A DNA stretch of 64,000 nt. It comes from Octopus sinensis (taxonomy: Eukaryota). The translations under genes were made by a program, and so were the position numbers. The stretch lies in contig NC_043006.1 of the NCBI RefSeq assembly GCF_006345805.1, forward strand, positions 42,284,001-42,348,000. Direction: 5' to 3'. Under the pieces are notes generated by a model, which worked only from the letters and a program-made list of their open reading frames with translations, had not been told where the DNA came from and did no database searches. Shown in pieces: positions 53,946 to 64,000 of this stretch (the first letter of the stretch is position 1; the number at the start of each line of letters is the position of its first letter).

Positions 53946-54156
53946 AATGATTATAATGCCTTTCGTAAAAATCTTGCCTCGTTTATATTAAGACTATTTC
54001 ACAGTTCTTTCGCTATTTCAAAATTTACTTTAGATATTAGTTTTCATTTCTTGAGGAAACTGCATCCTTGATATTTGAAAGTCTCAAATGCCAAATCTCA
54101 GGAAAATTTATCAAAATGTAAAAACAAATTGTTCAAATGTAAGCGTTAGTTCAGTG

Positions 54157-54404
54157 CAGCGGTTCTCAACCGGAGTCCATGTGATCCTTGAGGGTCCACA
54201 TAAGATTTTGTTGTTATCTGTGCGCAATACATTGGTTATATTTCTCCAATACACAAAATATTCTAACCATTTTTGGAAAGAGTAATTGCTAATAAATAAT
54301 ATTGAATTATAAAAATTGGACATTAAACGGTTATGAGGGTCCATCCCAGTAAAACTGGAATCAAAGGGATCTACAGGAAAGAAAAAAATGGTTGAGAACC
54401 ACTG
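54157..54404. mobile_element. hAT (Charlie-like) MITE
   Basis: TIRs CAGCGGTTCTCAACC / GGTTGAGAACCACTG. Confidence 0.8.
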
Positions 54405-55699
54405 GTTTCGAGGGACGACTGACTACCAGGCACGTAGCTACGGGGGGTGGGGGCTATGGGGTACTTAGCACCCCCAGTTGATTATCTCAGTTATTATCTA
54501 CTTTTGAAAATACCTTTTCGGCACCGAAAAAATAATCAATATCTGAAGTCGCTAAAGATGCAATAAATTGAATTTCTTTTGATTTAGTAGTTAGTAATAT
54601 GAAAATGGGGGTAAATTAGAGCTAAGCATTTTGCCTGGTGTGCTAATGAGTCTGCCAGCTGACAGGGCCAGCAATTTGGTGGGAGGGGCAAGTCAATCAC
54701 ATCAGTATTCAACTGGTACTTATTTCATCACCCTCCTCGCTTTTCCCTCGGGATGCAAGGTAAAGTCGATCTCGGTGGCATTTGAACTCAGAGTGCAAAG
54801 ACAGACGAAATACCTATTTCTTCTCTACCCACAAGGGGCTAAACACAGAGTGGACAAACAAACGGATTAAGTCAATTATATCGACCCCAGTGCATAACAG
54901 GTACTTATTTAATCAACCCCGAAAGGATGAAAGACAAAGTCAACCTCGGCGGAATTTGAACTCAGAACGTAACGGCAGACGAAATACGGCTACGCATTTC
55001 GCCCGGCATGCTGACGATTCTGCCAGCTCGCTGGCTTAATAATAAAGAATAGACCTTTCTACTATAGGCACAAGGCTTGAAATTTTGAGGAGGCGGTAGT
55101 CGATTAGATCGACCCCAGAACGCAACTTGGCACGTAGCTACAGGGGGTATGGGGTGCTCAGCACCCCCAGTTAGAATCTCAGCCCCCTACACCCCCAGTA
55201 TGAGAATTTTGTTTTATCCACTTTTGAAAATTTGTTGGCACCAAAAATAAGCAATATCTGAAGTCGTTAAAGATGCAATAAATTGAATTTGTTTTGATTT
55301 AGTAGTTAGTGATATGAGTTTCAGCTTCTTGCTTTTGCTTAATTAAGACACAGTGTCTCCATACCGTATGGAGTGCCCAAGAGCTTCTTGCACCAATTCC
55401 GCACCTGGTATTTGCTTGGGCAGCTCAAGCTGTTTGCTGTCGCAGAATTGGCTGCTGACCCGGTCATCAACTGTGGGTTGAATTAAGGAGTGGGAGACGC
55501 TGGGTCAGTTGTTGTTGTTGTTGTTGTGGTGCTTGTGGTGGCAACGACAGTGCTGGTGATTGTCCTTGTTGCTGTTGAAAAGTATGTGAAGAATTGTTGC
55601 TGTAGTAAACCCATCGCTACACACATATATATATGTTTGTACATATTTATTCGCACACATTCCGATAACAAGGTTATTCATTCACGATATGGAAACGTT

Positions 55700-55915
55700 T
55701 CTCATGGCACCAGCAGACAAAATGAAAAGAGGAGTTACCCCGAAGGACAGCGAATGAGATACGCTAGAACAGCCACTATGACTCGCTCTTGCGGACAGCA
55801 ATCTCCACTGCGATAGCGGTGAACAAGGACATGGCCCGGGAGCCAAGGACGCCGGAGGTCTCAACAGCCATAGACTCAACCATAAACCTGCCGAAGAGCG
55901 GCTGAACTTACCCAG
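55700..55915 (-). mobile_element. CRE-like RLE non-LTR retrotransposon C-terminal relic
   Basis: Minus strand MAVETSGVLGSRAMSLF...WLF*RISFAVLRGNS resembles the AVETxG...QRISxAxQRGN end of CRE-type ORFs. Confidence 0.65.
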
Positions 55916-56058
55916 GATATTAGTAGCATATTTTTTTTTTCTTTTCTTTTCTCAACCCCTATTTGACGGAAGCTAAAATCAGAAGGACCAAACAAAATAC
56001 CGTAAGAAAGGTGTTAAGACACTAAAGAAAGTAATTTGTGAAAGCCGAAATCTTAGGA

Positions 56059-56364
56059 CATGGGTTCTCAAAATGGGCGCTACCGCCCCCTGGTGGGCGT
56101 TGAGGGGGTCCATGTGGGCGCTGGTGTCTGAGAGGGCAGTAGAGAAAAAGGCATTGGGAAGGAGGCAGTGGTTTGGGGGATGCTATGTATTTATATTATT
56201 ATAGTACTGTATACAAATTATATATTATATTAAATATCAAATGATTCATAGTATATATAAATTAGTAAAATATAAAATGTTTATTTATACATAAAAACAG
56301 GGGTGGGGCGCTGAGTGTATTATGTGACCATGAGGGGGGAGGCAAAAAAGTTTGAAAACCTGTG
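56059..56364. mobile_element. hAT-type MITE
   Basis: Imperfect TIRs CATGGGTTCTCAAA / TTTGAAAACCTGTG. Confidence 0.65.
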
Positions 56365-56689
56365 TTCGGGGGTCAAATTTGTCTTGTTTTTTATCCACAT
56401 TCTGAATTTGTTACTTTGCTTTCTTATACTTACCGTGTTTTATAGCACATATGACGCTCTTTTTTTCCCCTAAAATGTGTCTAACGAATTACCCCGGATC
56501 CTATAAGCAAATTTGTTTTAAATATTATATGTTTCAATGCACTAAGACTTTTTTTTTTCTGAATGTTCGCTGCTGAAATTGGAGAACGTGTGTGTAATTT
56601 CTGCCGGCAAATGCGCTTATTTTGCTTTCTGGAGGTATTATGGAAATAAGCTTATACCAGTTATGCTGTCTGTTTATTACCCACGAATA

Positions 56690-57395
56690 ATTGTGACACC
56701 ACACGATTTGAATGAAAATAAGAAAATGCGCAGTTATGAAATTTGCTCGCCGCTTCTCCATAACCAGACCAATCCATTTCTCGGCCGTATTGTAACTTGC
56801 AATGAAAAGTGGATTCTGTACAATAAAAAGAACGTTCTTTGCAATGGTTGGACCAAAATAAAGCACAGAAAACCTTTCCTAAATCCAAGCTCTTCAAAAA
56901 GAATGTTATTGACTGTTTGGTGGTGTACTGCTGGATTCATTCACCAGAAAAACCATGAAATTGCCAAAATGAATGAAAAACTGCTACTTCTCTTCCCCAG
57001 ACTGGTCAAAAGATGAGGGCCAATCATTCTTCATGACAATGCTCAGCCACACGTTTCACTAATAATGCTCCAGAAGTTGAGGGAACTTAGATACGAAGTT
57101 CTTCCCCGCCCAGTTTATTCGCCAGACCCTTCTCATACTAACTACCACTTTGATGGTTTCCTGCGAGAGGAAGAGCTCAAAAATCAAACTGACACTGAAA
57201 GTGCATTCAGAGTTCATCAGCTCCAGAACTTCAGATTTTTATGTTACCAGAATAAACAAACTTGTAATTCATTTGTAAAAATGTGTTGATTGTAATGGTA
57301 ATTACTTTGATGAATAAAATTTCCACATTGTTGAAATATATATTACGATGAATTCCAGCTTTCAAAACGTTGCTTACCTTTTACTCAGCCCGATA
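56690..57395 (+). mobile_element. Decayed mariner transposon (3' part)
   Basis: PHDLNEN, FLGRIVTCNEKWILY, LTVWW, ILHDNAQPH and YSPDPSHTNYHF motifs. Confidence 0.88.
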
Positions 57396-60300
57396 CATGT
57401 TGGTCTCTAGTCCAAATATCGCTGTTAAGTCGACACCTATTGCCTCCCAACGCTCTATGACAGCCTCTCATCATTATCACTTACCGTCTCTTCTATTTAC
57501 CATAATAAGCTGTGTAACGAAAAATGACATTGGATTTTTTCCCCATTTTTCAGCATCATGTTGGTTGTGTAAGGAAGGATATCGGACCTAGCGATATTCA
57601 CATACGCCCTACCTCCCTCTTTACCATTTCAGTTCTTTCGGCCACCATCACCAAACGTGTGTCAGGTTTCTTTCTACCCGGTTTATTCTAACATAACCTT
57701 TTCTGTTCAGTCATCACCAGTGACATCCATGTCCACCTCTACAGCCACCCCTCACTGCAATCACTGTCATTCGCTTGTTTCTTGCACCTGCTCACAGAGT
57801 AAGTCTAAAAAAAACCACCGATGCCATGATCAAGTTCACCCACCACACTTTGCTAAGTGGTTTGCGAATGAGCGAAGACAACGTTGGTAAGATATGGCCG
57901 TTTTGTCCTAACTTCTCTAGTGCTGGTGCCACGATAAAATGTACTCGGACCACTCAGAAAAAGTAGTTGGTGTTATGAAGGGTATCCAGTCATCGAAATC
58001 ATATCAAAAATTAAACCTCCGCCTGAAAACATCTCCGAACCGTCACTGAATGGTGGGTGGGGGAGGGCAGCAGTAACATTTCTTAAGAACTGACTCGCAA
58101 CTATGTAACAACCTATCGAGATCATGCTAAGATAAGAAGTGGATGTAAAATGGTGTTGATGATGATTGCGGTGTTCGTACTCACCTTGTTTATCAAAACC
58201 AATAAACACCGATTGCTATTCAAAGTGAAAAAAGTGAAATCAGGATCAACCAATATTCCTCATTGGAATTACACAAAACCACATGTAACATTTGGGTGAT
58301 TTTTGTTGATTTTTTTTTTATAATATTTTTTAATCACTATTTTGTTACAAAACCCAAGAAGTCAACCAAAACTTATTAATCTTCAGCATCAGATCACACA
58401 CACACACACAGATGAATGATCCAAGATCTGAGAGAGAGAGAGACAGAGGGGGAAAAAAACATGCTGGACATTATAACTTGATACAAACATGCATACAGAG
58501 CAGAAAAGCAAAAGGAAATGAACACACATATTCTTTATAGGTTAATAAGGCTACCACTGGTTTCATGCCACCAGAAATTTCTCAACAATTATCAAGTCTG
58601 TCACAAGGATCACTGGGACTCGTCTCCAAGATGGAGACGAGTATCAACGAGAAATTTTTCCTGATATGAAACCAATGGTAGCCAAAGTGACCCACATATA
58701 AAGAATATTTATCCACCAATGCAGTGTTGAGCACTCATTCTAACTGCTCAATATTAGCATATACACACACACACACACAAATCACATCAATAAATAAAAC
58801 TATCAATAATCAATACTTTAATATAGTATACATTGTTTTGTTGTTCTTTCTTCATTTTTATTGAAATATTTATAGGTTTATTTTTTGACTTTGTCTTGAC
58901 CATTCATTAGCCGCCCAGCGAGCAACTCGAACTTTTAAAACCTCACTTTTAAACTGTCTCTTTTAAGCAAGTTGAAAAGGAGAAGCTATTTCCAAACTTC
59001 CCAGCTTCCAGAGTAAAGGACAGAAATTTAGATTAAAAACAAGTTCAACATGCTTCCAAATACCAAAAACACACATATACACAGGGATGTAGACAATCAT
59101 ACACACAGGTACATTTATATATACATACATACATATGTAATCATAAATATATATTCATACACTATATATGTGCATATGTATTATACATGTTTATACATAT
59201 ATGTACATATGTGTATATATACCTGTAAATATGTATAAGCATATACACACATTTAAACACACACACATATATATATTTACAAATATATGTATGTGTATAT
59301 ATAATACATACAAATACATGTATATATAGGTGTATATACATACATATATATATATGTATGTATATATACACACACACACACACACGCATAACATAAGAGA
59401 GAGCGAGAGAGAGAGAGAGAGAGAGAGTGTGTGTGTGTGTGTGTGAGATTGCATGAATGTGTCTGAGCAAATAGTGAGAAAAAGTTGATATCTACATTTA
59501 ATGCTTGATGGACATCCACTAGTGATCCACTGATAAACTGTTTTCCCTTCAATTCAAATTCACACCATCCCAAAAATAATGCTACGTCCACCCAACAGCC
59601 ACCAAGAAACCTTCTCCTACACCTATCAACTACCTACACTTGCTAAAGCAGTGAAATCTACCCAGACAGCCATTTCAGAGTGTTTCCATTTACCCACACC
59701 CAAATCAACATTTTTCATAATGTTTTTTTTTATTTGTTTTGGTTTTTTTTTTATTTGTTTTGGTTTTTTTCCCTTCTTTTTTTACCCTTTCTGCTTTGAA
59801 CTCATAGGCAGAGATTAGAAGAAAAAAACTGTCATAGATAAGGGCTTGACATTATTGTTATCTGCCCTCATTGTAACTAACTATGGCTTTATACAGAAGA
59901 TTTGTCAGTGATATGATGTTAAAAAAAAAAAAGAAAAAAAACGATTTGCTGTTTCAATAATAGATAGGATCGCTGCAAAGATTTTGCAGAATGGACAAAT
60001 AGTTAGAAAGAAATTCCACCCAATAATATGGGGAAAAATCTTCTAAGTCTAAAGAAAACTAGCCATAAAGTTTGGCTATTTCTGTACCAATTCTAACCTC
60101 AATACATTTCAGATTTCATTAAACCATAATTATTATAATTTATTATATATATATATATACTTTTTGTTTTAAGTAGGGAAAATTAACTGATAATCAAGAA
60201 GCTAGAAACAGACTGGTTTTGTTTCAAGATAACACAAATACATATCTACCAAGCCAGAACAAACCTTTTGCTGTGATTGGCTAAAAAAAAATTTTTTTTT

Positions 60301-60560
60301 TAAATCACCTCAGCCCCTCACTCTGCATTGAATAAGAGACAAAGAGGCAATAACTTCGTTTTACTCTTTTAAACTAGTAAATCTTAAAAAAATAAATAAT
60401 AAAATAAAATAATTATGAAAGTAAGAACAAAAACTTATACTTTAAATGTTACATTTTTTTTTCATTTTCTTTTGTTTTTAATATGAGAAGGATAAAGCTT
60501 TGGCTTAACAAAATACATGGATAGAAGTCAGAAGCTGCTAGGAACCAACCTACATGCTTT

Positions 60561-60591
<31 letters not shown>

Positions 60592-61500
60592 AGAAGTGTG
60601 ATGAGACCTGGCAGAACTTAACTTACAAAACAACTAAATTATAAATATCCTCTACTAAATTTTCTTCCATTAACTATTTGCTTTTGGTCCCCAAGAAGTA
60701 ACCATGGTAACAATGTTAGAGAGTATGACTCGCACACACAGTCATGGAACATTGAAAAAATGCTACAAGGGAAGGAAGGCAACTGAAAAAAAAAACAAAA
60801 AAAAACACTATTTAATGACACGAAGATGTTTCACATTCTCACCCTTTCGATAAAAAAAAAAAAAGGGGTAAAATATTTGGAAAAAAAAAACCCATTTTTA
60901 AAATATAACAAAAAATAAAATAATAAACAGCAAGCAAAGATGGACTTTGCTGGTTTTACAAAAACAGAAGAATGCAGCTGTGATTCCATATCATGTCTTA
61001 TTAAAAAATAAAGTTTAAAAGAAAAAACCCAAAAAGCATGAAATGTGTGCTGCTCTTAGGAACATTGATGGAAATAGAAGAAAAAAGTCTGTCAGAACTG
61101 AGAGAGAGAAAGAGGAAGCAGGTTAGACAGAGAAAAAGAGGTTAATGACCTTGACAGATATTGATGTTGCTGAAATACAAATTACCCCAAAAAGATGATA
61201 AAAAAAAAAAGCAATCAACAAGTTGTTCCAATTAATTAATTAATTAATTAATTAATTAATTAATTAATTAATTAAAGTTAAAAGTGTAGAAAACTGTTGT
61301 TGATTTTTAACCAAAAGAAATATAAATATATAATGTGTATATATAATACATATAGATATTATATTATGTGTATATATATATATACATATATATATATATA
61401 CATATATATATCTCAAATGCACCCAAAAAGAAACTGCTATGCATATCCACCACAACCAAACTCCTGTTCCCTCGAAATACTTCTTCCTTTTAACAGGCAA

Positions 61501-61538
<38 letters not shown>

Positions 61539-61665
61539 TTTTTTTTGTAATTTTTATTTTTTACATTTTTGTATATTTCTGAAACAGTTCAATCCATTTC
61601 GTAAAGTGATGCATCAATGAGTGTGTGTATATATATATATACATACACACACATATATATATATG

Positions 61666-61718
<53 letters not shown>

Positions 61719-62428
61719 GTGTATATATATAAGGGGTGGTAGCTGTAGTAGAAAGAACTGAGTAAACCTACTTCCATATATCATCAGATAGTCCAAAACA
61801 TAAAACAGGTGAACTGTGTTGATGGCCAGCAGCCACAATAGCAGAAAGTCAGTCAAATTTACTCCCTGTCACATCAGTGCTTTTCATCTTCATTTTATTG
61901 CAGTTTCGTAATTTGTTTTCCAATCCAAATAAAACTTCTTGGATAATTTCTTCATGAGGAATTTTTGGGGTGTTTTTGTTTTTGTTTTTTTTTTTGTTGT
62001 TTTTTTTTAATTTATCTCCTTTTTTGCTGTTTTTTTCTTTCTGTTATATTGATTTGGAACTTTTTTTTTCTTTTTGTTTTCCTGTGTACATTTACACGTG
62101 TATGTGTGTATGTGCGCATGAATGTGTTTGCGTGAATGTGTGCATGCAGTGTTTCCTTCTTTCTTTAATCAACATTTTTTTTTTGCTGTTTCTCACTTTT
62201 GTTCTCAATGTTCAAAAAAAAACAAAAAAAAAAAACAAATGAAAAATCAGAGTTGGGAGACAAAGAGAGGATGATGCTACAGCTGCTGCAGCTGGCCTGT
62301 AGCTGCTGCCATTGTGGCCTTATTTACAACATATCTTTGTGGATCCTAAGAGTCCCATCACAAAGACATTTTTTTTATTTACTATATTCTGATTTGTTTT
62401 CTTTCTTTCTTACACTGCCCACATCACT

Positions 62429-62496
62429 TTAGTCAATTTTTACAGTAGAATAGATCTTTCTCACAAAATAACTGGTGCCTATATACCCAAATGTAC
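62429..62496 (-). CDS. TM9SF3: Transmembrane 9 superfamily member 3, last coding exon
   Basis: Minus strand cttttcag|GT ACA...GAC TAA. (G)TFGYIGTSYFVRKIYSTVKID*, ending in the KxD/E Golgi-retention motif of TM9 proteins. Confidence 0.92.
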
Positions 62497-62796
62497 CTGA
62501 AAAGAGAGAAGTGATGTTTTAGACAGACACAAACTACATTATCTTTCATAATACAAAAAGGCAGAATTCTGCTTAAAGTACCCCATATAACCCCTCGTAA
62601 CTTTTTTTATTTTGCAAAATTTTCAAAAAGTCTTTGCAAATTTGTGTTCTACACATGATAATTCATATGACTATGAATGAAACAAAACAAAAGAAATTTT
62701 TGTGTGATTGAAGGGATATTTGGCTGTTACTTTTATTGCCTCTTATGACTACCTCATAACATCCTTGTTTGTTTGTCAGTCTGATGTATTGATACG

Positions 62797-62978
62797 GTTC
62801 TATATTTATGAGATGAGGAATTATGTATATTATTTACATTAGACGGATATTTGTCCTCATCTTTGTTAACACAAGGTTTCGGCTGATATACCCTCCAGCC
62901 TTCATCAGGTGTCTTGGGGAAATTTCGAACCTGGGTTCTCATTCCTAAGGTATTTTTCAATAATAATAACAACAACAT
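62797..62978 (-). mobile_element. 3' part of the 48.2-kb hammerhead-bearing element, in the last TM9SF3 intron
   Basis: Near-identical to 48597-48762. Hammerhead core at 62868-62913 (GACAC-CUGAUGA-A-GGCUG...CAGCC-GAAAC-CUU-GUGUU). Confidence 0.82.
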
Positions 62979-62984
62979 CAAAAA

Positions 62985-63373
62985 AGGACAAAACGAGTTC
63001 TTCCATCAGGATAATGCTCGGCCACAGACATTCCAAAGGTAGGAGCAGTTTGAATGGGAAACTATGCCCCGTCCACCATATTCACCAGACATTGCCACAT
63101 CTGATTATATCATTTATTCCACTGTCTTCAAAATCATTTGGATAGAAAAAATATGAATTCTGTAGACGAGGTCAGAACAGTACGGGAGGAATATTTTTCT
63201 TCACAGACCAGTGAATTTTGGAAGAGGGTCCTTGCAAGTCTACCAGACAGATGGAAGAGCATTGTAGAAAATGAAGGAGAGTGTATTTTAGATTAAAAAA
63301 AACTTTGCTTATCTTAATTTTGAAAAATAAAAGTTGTATAAAAAAGCCACATTATTTATGGAATGACCCAATA
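62985..63373 (+). mobile_element. mariner 3' fragment in TM9SF3 intron
   Basis: HQDNARP, PRPPYSPDIATSDYHLF and LPDRWKSIVENEG motifs. Terminus GAATGACCCAA-TA. Confidence 0.85.
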
Positions 63374-63441
63374 TATACACACAATACTCATCACACATTT
63401 CCCATACTGTAAAACACAGGAATAGAAAAAGCAGTACTTAC

Positions 63442-63518
63442 CACACATAATCCCTAGTGCTAAACTGAACAGTGCCATGTAGCCAAAGTAAAAAGTTGTC
63501 TGGAACAATCCATACATC
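63442..63518 (-). CDS. TM9SF3: Transmembrane 9 superfamily member 3, penultimate coding exon
   Basis: Minus strand ctcttcag|G ATG TAT GGA...TGT G|gtaagt, 77 nt. [25 protein letters not shown](G) matches the TM9SF3 C-terminal region. Confidence 0.92.
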
Positions 63519-64000
63519 CTGAAGAGATAAAATTCTATGGTAAAACAGCAGTAATTCCATTTATCAATATAAATTATCAACAAAAGGTGCAATCAGGAAT
63601 GCTATAGACTCACCCTGCAGGTTATATATGAACCAGACCCCTCTCTTTAACCCTCTCATTACTATATTTCTAAGTAAAACACACCCCTTATGAGTTTCAA
63701 TTAAATTATAAAATAATCATAAATTTAGACTAGTTTCATTAAACTGTAACTTTTTTTATATATCAACATAAGATTTTTGGAACACAATTGAAGAAAAGGT
63801 TCTTAATTCCAGTGCATAACTTTTGTCTCAGAGTAACTCTAATTACAGGTGTAAATACAAGTAAACAAAATACTATCTGTTTTCTTGGTTTGTTTACTTT
63901 CTGCGTAATGGTTTGTTTCCATAGTGATCGCTTCAAACAAGCCTACAAGCTTACATTTGCTTGATTTCTCCATACCTTCCATCGAAAAGCCCCCAAATTC

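Overview
Eukaryotic, AT-rich, microsatellite-dense animal DNA. The SINE families and the gene content point to an octopus, but that is an inference. Almost all long ORFs in the supplied track are translations of (TA)n/(CA)n/(ATT)n tracts. Two host genes are supported. (1) The last three coding exons (4669-4755, 13297-13406, 20677-21123, + strand) of an alpha7-like nicotinic acetylcholine receptor subunit covering M2, M3 and the cytoplasmic loop to M4, with 87-nt and 110-nt exons like CHRNA7 exons 8 and 9. (2) The last two coding exons of TM9SF3 (63442-63518, 62429-62496, - strand), convergent with the receptor. The rest is three tRNA-derived SINE families, decayed LINEs (Tx1, RTE, R4/Dong, CRE-like), Tc1/mariner, pogo, hAT-type and Helitron relics, and many short palindromic insertions. 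The main hunting result is that several palindromic insertions carry hammerhead ribozyme (HHR) cores, in the style of Penelope-like elements and retrozymes. These are an intact inverted pair of type-I HHRs (35427-35688), a tRNA-headed SINE-like unit with a minimal HHR (48204-48762), and two unrelated repeat families (22388-22451 and 43955-44020) whose three HHR strands lie in a non-circularly-permuted, pseudoknotted order with family-specific complementary stems. All RNA structures were paired by eye and none is experimentally tested.
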